A stretch of 64,000 nucleotides of DNA from Coriobacteriia bacterium (GTDB taxonomy: Bacteria > Actinomycetota > Coriobacteriia > Anaerosomatales > SLCP01), in contig JAUVXE010000007.1 in NCBI GenBank assembly GCA_030603745.1, positions 43,392 to 107,391 of the forward strand, in the 5' to 3' direction. The stretch's first letter is position 1; each line of letters begins with the position of its first letter. The notes beneath the pieces were generated by a model. The model saw only the letters and a program-made list of their open reading frames with translations. It did not search any database and was not told the origin of the DNA. Position numbers and translations under genes: made by a program. Positions 18,608-26,142 of this stretch are shown one piece after another.

Positions 18608-18636
18608 AGATTATCCCGACCGCCCGACCCTGTCAA
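18608..18636 (-). promoter_or_regulatory. Sigma-70/SigA-type promoter for the fdnG-like/omcS-like operon
   Basis: The minus strand reads TTGACA-gggtcgggcggtcggga-TAATCT, a consensus -35, a 17-nt spacer and a good -10. It sits in the only low-GC intergenic stretch upstream of the riboswitch. Confidence 0.6.
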
Positions 18637-18694
18637 CACTCAGCGGACAGGCGGTCGAGACCTTGTCATCCTTCATTCCCCACACTCCGGCGGC

Positions 18695-20239
18695 CTACTC
18701 CCGGCCACCCTGCTCGGCGTCGCTCAGGTACTGCTCGATGAAGAGCCGCGCGTCATAGGCGTCCACGCCCAGCGCGCGCGCCGCGACGGCCAGCGCGGCG
18801 TCCTCGGTGCAGAGCCGCTTGGTGGTCCGGGCGAGCACGAGCATCAGTGCCTCGTCCCGGGTCACCCCGACCCGCTTCATCAGGTCGCGCACGTCGGACT
18901 CGGAGTGCTTGACCAGCGTGATCATCTCGTCGAGACGCACCCCGTCGAGCTCACGGCCGGCGTAGGTCGCGGCATGCTCCTCGGGAGCGATCCAGCGCCA
19001 GCGCTTGCGCGACGCGGCCTCGGCGAGCAGTCCGGCCTCCGCCATCGCCACCAGGAAGTCCTCGGTCACCGCGAACTTCCGGCGGCGCAGGAGGAGCAGG
19101 AGGGGCAGCAGAAGGAGCGGGCTCAGGCAGAGCGCCCACTGGGAGGGCGTCTCGGGCAGCGCGTCGGGCACGAGCGGCACCGGCTCGGGCCAGCCCCACA
19201 CCTGCACCTGATGGTTGAGGCGGTCGGTCACGAAGATCCGCGTGCGGCGGTCGATCGCGAGGTCGTTCGCGTAGCGGAACTGCCCGGGGCCGATCCCGCT
19301 CTGGCCGAACCCGGTGATCCGCTCACCGCCTGACTGGTAGATGTCGACCTGGTGCGCGAGCGCGTCGGCGATGTAGATGCGGTCCTCGGCGTCGATGTCC
19401 ATGCCGCGCGGGATACCGGAGGTCCGCATGATGCGGTCGAACTGCCCGTTCAGGTCGAAGACCTGGACGCGGCGGTTGTTGCTGTCGGATACGTAGATCT
19501 CGTCACCCATGACGAGCACGTCGTTGGGGAAGTAGAAGCGCCCGGGGAGTTGCGAGATCTCGTCGGCCTGTGCGAACGCGCCGAACCGCCGGAGCTCCTG
19601 ACCGTTCTCGTCGAAGACGATGACCTGGTGGAGCTCCACGCGACCGACATCGGTGACGTAGAGGTTGTCGTTCTCATCGAACCCGAGGCCGAGAGGGCCC
19701 CACAGGCGCGCCTCCTCAGGATCGGCGGGGACGACCTTGCGCAAGAAATCGCCATCGAGCGTGAACACGTAGATCGCGCGGTGGCGGCGGTCGGTGACGA
19801 AGAGCTCGTCTTTGCTGTTGATCGCGAGGAAGACCGGGGTGCCGAGCTCCGTGTTCTCGCCGTCGGCGATCTCGTTGAAGGTGAACAGGTAGTCGCCGTC
19901 CACCGTGTAGACACGCACGACGCGCGACGCGGAGTCGGTGACGTAGACCCGGTCGTCACGGCTGACCTCGACGCCGATCGGCGCGGTGAGCGCGTTCTCT
20001 CCGGCGGGACCCGAGATCGAGTAGAGATAGCGCGGCGGATCGACCTGCTCGTCGAAGGTCCGCCCGAGGCCGGGGATCGGCAGGGTGCGGTTCACCGAGA
20101 AGTAGTAGATGGAGTAGAGCACGAGCGCGAGGAGCGCCAGCAGAAGCGCGAGGGCGACCCACTTCTTCCACGCGGCACGGCCGGCGTCCGCGCGGCCGAA
20201 CGAGGCCCGTTCCGGTTGCGTCTGATGATCCATCGACAC
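18695..20239 (-). CDS. Membrane-spanning NHL-repeat beta-propeller protein with conserved cytoplasmic C-terminal domain (paralog 2)
   Basis: 514 aa with an N-terminal TM (WVALALLLALLALVLYSIYYF). NHL blades follow: VYVTDSASRVVRVY, LFVTDRRHRAIYVF, LYVTDVGRVELHQVIVF, IYVSDSNNRRVQVF, IYIADALAHQVDIY, IFVTDRLNHQVQVW. A second TM (LCLSPLLLLPLLLLL) precedes a C-terminal domain ending ...LCTEDAALAVAARALGVDAYDARLFIEQYL. Confidence 0.85.
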   Translation of the reverse strand: MSMDHQTQPERASFGRADAGRAAWKKWVALALLLALLALVLYSIYYFSVNRTLPIPGLGRTFDEQVDPPRYLYSISGPAGENALTAPIGVEVSRDDRVYVTDSASRVVRVYTVDGDYLFTFNEIADGENTELGTPVFLAINSKDELFVTDRRHRAIYVFTLDGDFLRKVVPADPEEARLWGPLGLGFDENDNLYVTDVGRVELHQVIVFDENGQELRRFGAFAQADEISQLPGRFYFPNDVLVMGDEIYVSDSNNRRVQVFDLNGQFDRIMRTSGIPRGMDIDAEDRIYIADALAHQVDIYQSGGERITGFGQSGIGPGQFRYANDLAIDRRTRIFVTDRLNHQVQVWGWPEPVPLVPDALPETPSQWALCLSPLLLLPLLLLLRRRKFAVTEDFLVAMAEAGLLAEAASRKRWRWIAPEEHAATYAGRELDGVRLDEMITLVKHSESDVRDLMKRVGVTRDEALMLVLARTTKRLCTEDAALAVAARALGVDAYDARLFIEQYLSDAEQGGRE

Positions 20240-20245
20240 TCCTCG

Positions 20246-21256
20246 TCAGTCTCTCAGGCGTTCGACGGCCGCCGAGGCGGTCTCGTCGTTCGGGTCGATC
20301 TCGAGCACCTTGCGCCACGTCACGAGCGCGGACTCCGGGTTCCCGAGCTCCTCGTGCAGCTCGGCGGCGATGCGACCCGCCTCCGCGAGGCCCCGGTCGA
20401 GGGCGAACGCGATGCGAGCCTCGGCAAGGGCGCCTTCCGGGTCGGCGGGGCGCAGCGAGCGGGCGCGCTCCAGGCGCTCGGTCGCGCTTCCCTCGGCGGC
20501 GATCTTCGCGAGCTCGTCGCGGGGCTCGTCGCGGCCGGGTGGCGCGTGGTCCGCCGAGGTGCGGAAGTGCTCGGCGGCGCCGGCGATGTCGCCCTCCTCG
20601 AGCAAGAGCAGGCCGAAGTCGTAGTTCGCCTCGGGCATGATCGGGTCGAACATGATGGCGTTCTGCAGGTAGAGGCGCTGATTGGAGTCCGAGCCGAGGC
20701 GCCCGTAGGCGACCGAGAGCGCGTAGTGCGTGTCCGAGGCGCTCCGGCGGATCCGCAGCGCCTCGCGCAGATAGGCGACGGCGTCCTCGTAGCGGCCGAG
20801 CTCGATGTAGGTCACGCCGAGCTGGTAGTAGGCGACCTCGAGGCGGGTGTCGAGCATCGCGTACTCGCTGCCCCCGAGCTGGTCGATGACGGTGAGCCAG
20901 TACTCCTCGGCGGTCTCCCACTCGCCCTGGTACATCGCGACCAGCGCGAGGCCGGAGAGCGCGCTCGGATGGTCGGGGTGGATCTCGAGCGCGGCGTTGA
21001 ACTGCTCGACCGCCTCGCGCAGCCGGCCGGACGCCGCGAGGGCCTCGGCGAGCAGGAGACGGAGCTCCGCGTCGTCAGGGTTCTCGCGGACGGCCTCGAT
21101 GAGGTTGTCGACCGCACGCGACGCCGGCTGCGCACGGCGTTCCTGCAGCTGGTAGGCGGTCACCGTGTAGGCGAGGTAGATGAGTGCGACGAGCAGCAGG
21201 GCGACGACGGACTTGAGCGCCACGTCGAGCCAGCGTATGTCGGATCCGAATCTCAC
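20246..21256 (-). CDS. Membrane-anchored TPR-repeat protein
   Basis: 336 aa with an N-terminal TM (VVALLLVALIYLAYTV). It contains multiple TPR-like A/L/Y-rich 34-mers, for example AEALAASGRLREAVEQFNAALEIHPDHP and YQLGVTYIELGRYEDAVAYLREAL. Confidence 0.8.
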   Translation of the reverse strand: MRFGSDIRWLDVALKSVVALLLVALIYLAYTVTAYQLQERRAQPASRAVDNLIEAVRENPDDAELRLLLAEALAASGRLREAVEQFNAALEIHPDHPSALSGLALVAMYQGEWETAEEYWLTVIDQLGGSEYAMLDTRLEVAYYQLGVTYIELGRYEDAVAYLREALRIRRSASDTHYALSVAYGRLGSDSNQRLYLQNAIMFDPIMPEANYDFGLLLLEEGDIAGAAEHFRTSADHAPPGRDEPRDELAKIAAEGSATERLERARSLRPADPEGALAEARIAFALDRGLAEAGRIAAELHEELGNPESALVTWRKVLEIDPNDETASAAVERLRD

Positions 21257-21306
21257 GCGCGCCTCGTTTCTGTGCGGTCGAGGTGGTACGGGGGGTCAGA
21301 GCGCGG

Positions 21307-22902
21307 CTAGAACCGCATGTCGGTATGGCAGCGGCGACACAGCTGTGAACCGGGCCAGGGCGCGATCTGGATGTTGCGGAGATCGAGCGCGCCGTGGCAG
21401 TCATAACAGATACGCAAGTCGTGTGCCTGAGTCTCGAACTGGTGCACACCTACATCACGAACACGCGCGATCGTGAAGCCGACGTGGCAGTCGTCACAGA
21501 TGTAGGGACGGCCCACGCGCTCTTCGACCTCGAAGTGCACGGCGTGGGTGACGAGCGCCATGTTCTGGATGTCGGTAGGCGGTTCGGTGCGCATCTCCTC
21601 GTGGCAGTCGACGCAGTTGGGCTGGAGGAGCTCGGTGCTCCGCAGGCCCTGGTGGTGGCACTCCTGGCACGACGCGCGGTCGGTGTGGCAGACCTTGCAG
21701 TCGTCGCTCGGGTAGCCGTTGGCCGCGTGCCGCGCGAGCCAGTCGGTCGGGTGCGGCATGGGCGTCTGATGGCACCGCTCGCACGACGCCGAGGTATGGC
21801 AGATCGAGCACGCCCCTTCCCCGCCGAGGAACCCGGCCCCGTGCTCCTGCATCCACTCGGGCGTCAAGTGGTCGTCGGGGACGATCTGCTCGCTCGTGGA
21901 GCCGTCGGCCAGCACCCGCTCTCCCCGGTGACACTCCGAGCACAGCGACGACGCGTGGCACATGGTGCACTCGATGATCTTCTCGTTGGCCGGCTCCGCG
22001 TGCTCCCGGGCGATGAACGCGGGCGTGTGGTCGGCCGGCATGAGCTCGAAGTCGGCGGTGTGGCAGGCGAGACACTCCTCGGTGGCCACCTCGCCCTGGG
22101 CGGCGTGCTGGAGGCTGTGGCAGCGGTAGCACGAGAGCATGTCGGGGATGACGGTCCCGTCGGGGCTGTGGGGGAACGACTCGTGGCACGCCTGGCACCG
22201 GTAGTCGCGCGCGATGTGGACGCCGTGCGTGAAGATGAGGCCGGGCTGCTCGCCCGCGTCGATGTCCGGGTGGCAGAAGACGCACTGTCCCATCGTCGCC
22301 TCGCCCGTGGGGTCGACGGTGACCGACGGCCGCGGCTCGGGCACGGGGATCGTGCGCAGGTAGACCGGGGGCACGGGCGCGGTGTCGAGCCCGAGCTCGC
22401 GGTGGCAGGAGTCGCAGTCGAGGCGCGCGTCGTGGCAGAGCATGCACTCGTTCGTGCCGCCCCGCTCCACAGCGAGCGCGTGGGGCTCCTCGGCCCAGGT
22501 CTCGACGTGGGTCGCGGGCCTGAGCTCGAAGGCGGGCGTGTGGCAGTCCTCGCACGTGCCGGTCGCCAAGATGCCCTGGGGGCCGTGCACGAGGCCGTGA
22601 CAGGCGAAGCAGGTCTGCATCGGCGGGCTGTAGGTGTTGCCCGCCTCGTGGGCCGGGCGCACGTGGCACGACGTGCACGCGACCGTGAGGTGCGCCCCGT
22701 GGCTGAAGATGAGCCCGGGGGAGCGGGACTCGGCGATACGCGCGTGGCAGGCGGCGCAGTTCGACGCCCTGACCTCGGCGGTCAGGTCGATCTCACCCGT
22801 GGTCTCGCGGCCGATGCCGGAGAGCGGGCCCGCAAAGGCGAAGGCGGTCGCCAGGAGGACGACCGCCGCGCCTGCTATGAGAGCCTTGCGCGTGCGCTGC
22901 AT
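21307..22902 (-). CDS. Membrane-anchored 20-heme c-type cytochrome built from repeated multi-heme modules
   Basis: 531 aa with 20 CxxCH motifs by my count. Four are closely paired doublets (CMLCHDARLDCDSCH, CTMCHASSLCSECH, CSICHTSASCERCH, CKVCHTDRASCQECH). An N-terminal anchor or signal is present (ALIAGAAVVLLATAFAFA). Confidence 0.9.
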   Translation of the reverse strand: MQRTRKALIAGAAVVLLATAFAFAGPLSGIGRETTGEIDLTAEVRASNCAACHARIAESRSPGLIFSHGAHLTVACTSCHVRPAHEAGNTYSPPMQTCFACHGLVHGPQGILATGTCEDCHTPAFELRPATHVETWAEEPHALAVERGGTNECMLCHDARLDCDSCHRELGLDTAPVPPVYLRTIPVPEPRPSVTVDPTGEATMGQCVFCHPDIDAGEQPGLIFTHGVHIARDYRCQACHESFPHSPDGTVIPDMLSCYRCHSLQHAAQGEVATEECLACHTADFELMPADHTPAFIAREHAEPANEKIIECTMCHASSLCSECHRGERVLADGSTSEQIVPDDHLTPEWMQEHGAGFLGGEGACSICHTSASCERCHQTPMPHPTDWLARHAANGYPSDDCKVCHTDRASCQECHHQGLRSTELLQPNCVDCHEEMRTEPPTDIQNMALVTHAVHFEVEERVGRPYICDDCHVGFTIARVRDVGVHQFETQAHDLRICYDCHGALDLRNIQIAPWPGSQLCRRCHTDMRF

Positions 22903-22911
22903 GCCGTGAGC

Positions 22912-24165
22912 TTACCCCCGGCCTCTCAGTGCGCGCCACCAGCGGATCACCGGGTTGGCGCTCTGCACCTCGTACCGTCCGTGGATCAGCGAGGCGCTCT
23001 GCTCGATGAACGACTCGCCCGAGCCCCAGTGGCAGCCCTCGGTGCCGCAGGTGTCCACCGCGTTGACGGGGTAGACCATCGAATCGGGGTCGGCCACCGC
23101 CCTCACGTCGTGCGAACCGTGGCAGTCCCAGCACGACGGCGCGTCGGCGGCGCCGCGCTTGTAGGCCCGGCCGTGGTAGTAGTCGTCGTAGTTCTCCCAC
23201 TCGGCCGCGTGGCACACGCCGCACATCTGCTCGGAGGCGAAGTGGAGTTGCCGACGGGCCGCCTCGGTGTCGAGCCTCGCGATGGAGTGGCCGCCGTGGC
23301 ACGAACCGCAGGTGGCCGAGGAGTAGTCCCCCTCGGCGATGAGCTCGGCGTGGATCGAGCCGGCGTACTCCTCGGCGGAGGTCGAGTGCTCGTGGCAGGC
23401 GGCGCAGGCCAGTCCGGCGTTCACGCGCCAGACCGGCGTGGCGTCGGGGCGGTCGTGGTAGTTGAAGTCCACGTGGCACTCGACGCAGGTGTTGTCGCGG
23501 TGCGCGGTGCGGTCGAGCCCGGTCACGTGGAGCGAGCGGGTCGCCCCGCCGTCGGACTTGGCGAGGTTCGGGTCGCCGTGACAGGCGAGGCAGCCGTTCT
23601 CCACGTCGTAGGTGAACTCCTCGGCGGTGCGCCACTCGACGCCGACCGCCCGGTGGCACTCGTCGCAGTCGGTGCGCGTGTGGCACATCATGCAGCGGGT
23701 GCGCAGCTCGGTCAGCGAGGGCTCGACGTGCGGCGTCTCGGCCCAGTCGGGCGTGTGGCTCTCCGGCCGCATGCGTCCGGTATAGGCGCCGTGGCACTTC
23801 TCGCACTCGCCGGTCGCGATGGTGCCCATTGGCCCGTGGCGCAGGTCGTGACAGTTCCAGCAGTCCTTCATGGTGGGCTTCACCGTGCCGGCCGGGCTGT
23901 GCGGGAAGACCGTGTGGCAGCTGCTGCACGCGTAGAGCATGTGCGACGCGTGACGGAAGATGACCCGCGGGTCCTTTCCGTCCGCGATGGTGCCGTGACA
24001 GACCTTGCAGGTGCTGCCGTAGACCGGCGCACCCGTGTCGACCTCGACCGTGCCCCCCTGGGCGAACGCGGGTGCGGCGAACGCGAGCATCACGATGCAC
24101 GCGAGCGCTGCCGCCACGATCGCCGAGACGTGGATGCCGGTCCGCGCCTCGATCCTTAGGATCAT
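22912..24165 (-). CDS. Secreted 13-heme c-type cytochrome
   Basis: 417 aa with 12 CxxCH motifs plus CGTEGCH (CX4CH). The signal peptide is AAALACIVMLAFAAPAFA. The first six hemes form the same module as in the 20-heme protein. The C-terminal part is homologous to the 7-heme protein (YDDYYHGRAYKRGAADAPSCWDCHGSHD). Confidence 0.9.
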   Translation of the reverse strand: MILRIEARTGIHVSAIVAAALACIVMLAFAAPAFAQGGTVEVDTGAPVYGSTCKVCHGTIADGKDPRVIFRHASHMLYACSSCHTVFPHSPAGTVKPTMKDCWNCHDLRHGPMGTIATGECEKCHGAYTGRMRPESHTPDWAETPHVEPSLTELRTRCMMCHTRTDCDECHRAVGVEWRTAEEFTYDVENGCLACHGDPNLAKSDGGATRSLHVTGLDRTAHRDNTCVECHVDFNYHDRPDATPVWRVNAGLACAACHEHSTSAEEYAGSIHAELIAEGDYSSATCGSCHGGHSIARLDTEAARRQLHFASEQMCGVCHAAEWENYDDYYHGRAYKRGAADAPSCWDCHGSHDVRAVADPDSMVYPVNAVDTCGTEGCHWGSGESFIEQSASLIHGRYEVQSANPVIRWWRALRGRG

Positions 24166-24213
24166 CGTCCCCTACCCTTCCTGTCAGCTGAACGGGCGTC
24201 CCCTCGCCCGGAC

Positions 24214-25098
24214 CTACCTTCCGAAGATCCCGGCGATCGCCGAACGCACCCGCTGGAACAGGGAGTAGAGCGGGTTCGCCTCGAGCACGTCGCGCTGCCC
24301 GTGGATCAGCTCCGCGTAGGCGACGTAGTCCACGTTGGGATCGGTGTGGCACCCGGGAGCGGTGCACGTCTCGGTGAGCCTCGTCTCATGGACCATCGAG
24401 TCACGGTCCGAGGACGGGCGGATGTCGTGCCAGCCGTGGCAGTCCCAGCACGCCGGGGCGTCTTCGGCGCCCCGCTTGTAGGCGCGGCCATGGTAGTAGT
24501 CGTTGTAGCTCTCCCAGTAGTCCTCGTGGCAGCGGCCGCAGACCTCCCAGCCGTTCGCGTGAAGCGCGGCGCGGCCCTCATCGTCGATCTCGACGATGTC
24601 GTGCGCGCCGTGACAGCTGCTGCAGATCGGCTTCTCCGCCGCGTCCGGACCCGGCACGCCGTTGCCGTTCCCGTTGACCTCGATGCGGTGGACCCCCTGT
24701 CCGACCTCGAAGTTCTGGTCCTGGTGACAGTTCTTGCAGGCCGACCCGGCCTCGCGGCGCCAGTCCTGGGACGCCGTGGTGTGCGGCGCGGTGAAGGCGA
24801 AGTCGATGTGGCACCCGGCGCACTGCACGGCGGCGTGCGGACCGGCCTCGAGCTCGGCCGCGTCGACGTAGTAGCTCACGAGACGGTCCTCCCGCAGGCG
24901 GATGAGGTTCTCATCGCCGTGGCAGACGAGACAGCCGGCCTTGGCCGCCGTGGGCAGCGTGAAGTCGACGTCGTAGCCGTCGAACTCGATGGTGTGGGTC
25001 CCGACCGTGCTCTCTTGCGCGTATGCCAGTGCGGGAAGCGCGATCAGGACGGCGAGGACCGTCAGCGTGATCGTCAGTGTCCGGTGCGCTGGTGTCAT
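24214..25098 (-). CDS. Secreted 7-heme c-type cytochrome, partner of the b-type cytochrome
   Basis: Uses the internal ATG 25098 of track ORF 24214..25338. The signal peptide is LTVLAVLIALPALAYA. There are 6 CxxCH motifs plus CTAPGCH. Its start overlaps the cyt b stop by 4 nt (ATGA). Confidence 0.85.
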   Translation of the reverse strand: MTPAHRTLTITLTVLAVLIALPALAYAQESTVGTHTIEFDGYDVDFTLPTAAKAGCLVCHGDENLIRLREDRLVSYYVDAAELEAGPHAAVQCAGCHIDFAFTAPHTTASQDWRREAGSACKNCHQDQNFEVGQGVHRIEVNGNGNGVPGPDAAEKPICSSCHGAHDIVEIDDEGRAALHANGWEVCGRCHEDYWESYNDYYHGRAYKRGAEDAPACWDCHGWHDIRPSSDRDSMVHETRLTETCTAPGCHTDPNVDYVAYAELIHGQRDVLEANPLYSLFQRVRSAIAGIFGR

Positions 25099-25940
25099 TC
25101 TGCCTCTCCGGTCGAGGGGCTCAGTGCCGGGCTCCCGTGGGCCTCTCCGTGTCCGTGGGAGTCGTGGTGGTCGGCCCCGCCCAGTCCGAAGAAGCTCTGG
25201 AAGGCGGGGAAGTCCTCCGTCATCGACAGGTAGGCGTGCACCGTGGTGAGGATGATGAACAGCCAGTTGATGATGTAGTGGGCGGTACGCGCGTACCATC
25301 CGGCGAGGTCGGTCGAGCCCACGAGCGCTCCGAGCCACCAGCTCAGCAGGACCTCGCGCGGGCTGTAGCCGAAGATCATCGGCGTGGCCACGAGCGCGAA
25401 GCCCGTGTAGGCCTGCAGGATCATCAGCGGCACGAAGAGTGTGTAGGTGCCCTTCTGCATCACGTTGTACTTCCCGAGGTGTGGCTTGGAGGACTTCACG
25501 AAGATGTAGTACAGCACTACTTTCGGCGCGGTCACTATGTCTTCCTTCGTGATCGCGAACTCTTTGTAGTCACGCTGCCGCGAGAAGAAGGCGTACCACA
25601 AGCGCCACACGAGGTTGATCGTGACGATGATCATGAAGACGTAGTGCACGTAGCGCATCGGGGTACGGCCACCGTCGAAGAACGGGAACCGGATGTACAT
25701 CCCCGAGATGCCGAGCGCGAACATCGAGAAGACGTGCTGGAAGTGGAGGAACTTCGGGAGGAACGGGACGGGCGGTCCCTCGTGGTGGGGCCACTGCTTA
25801 CCGATGAAACGCTTCTTGACGCGTCCGGTGAGCACGTTGCCGATGAAGTGGCCGGACAGGCCGAGCACCACGACCACGTACAGGCTCGTGAAGACGACGT
25901 CCAGCCATACGTTGAACCCGGTCAGACTGATCTCCGACAC
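25095..25940 (-). CDS. FdnI/HydC-family membrane b-type cytochrome (putative menaquinol-interacting subunit)
   Basis: 281 aa and polytopic. It carries the family-typical GKYNVMQKGTYTLFVPLMILQAYTG (compare E. coli FdnI GKYNAGQK). Conserved His residues sit in TM helices (HFQHVF, YVHYVF, TAHYIINW, TTVHAYL). GTG start follows a GGGAGTAGGGG RBS. Confidence 0.8.
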   Translation of the reverse strand: MSEISLTGFNVWLDVVFTSLYVVVVLGLSGHFIGNVLTGRVKKRFIGKQWPHHEGPPVPFLPKFLHFQHVFSMFALGISGMYIRFPFFDGGRTPMRYVHYVFMIIVTINLVWRLWYAFFSRQRDYKEFAITKEDIVTAPKVVLYYIFVKSSKPHLGKYNVMQKGTYTLFVPLMILQAYTGFALVATPMIFGYSPREVLLSWWLGALVGSTDLAGWYARTAHYIINWLFIILTTVHAYLSMTEDFPAFQSFFGLGGADHHDSHGHGEAHGSPALSPSTGEAE

Positions 25941-26075
25941 CCCCTACTCCCTGTCACGCGCATCGCACGCTGCGACGACGCGAAACCTCGAGAACCCGTC
26001 CCGCCCTGTCGCGTCGATCCGCTCGCGCGGCAGAACCGCCGCGCTATGCCGGACGCGAGCGGTCGTGGGTGAGTT

Positions 26076-26091
26076 CGTAACAGCAGTTACA
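26076..26091. promoter_or_regulatory. Palindromic operator CGTAACAGCAGTTACA (site C)
   Basis: GTAAC-N4-GTTAC core identical to sites A and B. It lies about 135 nt upstream of the cyt b start, in the 200-bp intergenic gap. Confidence 0.45.
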
Positions 26092-26142
26092 TTTGACCAT
26101 AGCCCCCCGTGAGAGGCAAGCGGGAACCGCCCTCGGCGGCCG

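Noticed and set aside
24214-25338. N-terminal extensions proposed by the ORF track for several genes: 24214..25338, 28547..29377, 30137..30787, 30920..32503, 32164..33789, 47962..49215, 48768..49823, 49961..51118 and 61331..62995.
   Set aside because: The extensions are Arg/Pro/Gly-rich, overlap the preceding gene and lack homology-like motifs. Internal starts give proper signal peptides or family N-termini, and often ATGA/GTGA coupling to the upstream stop.
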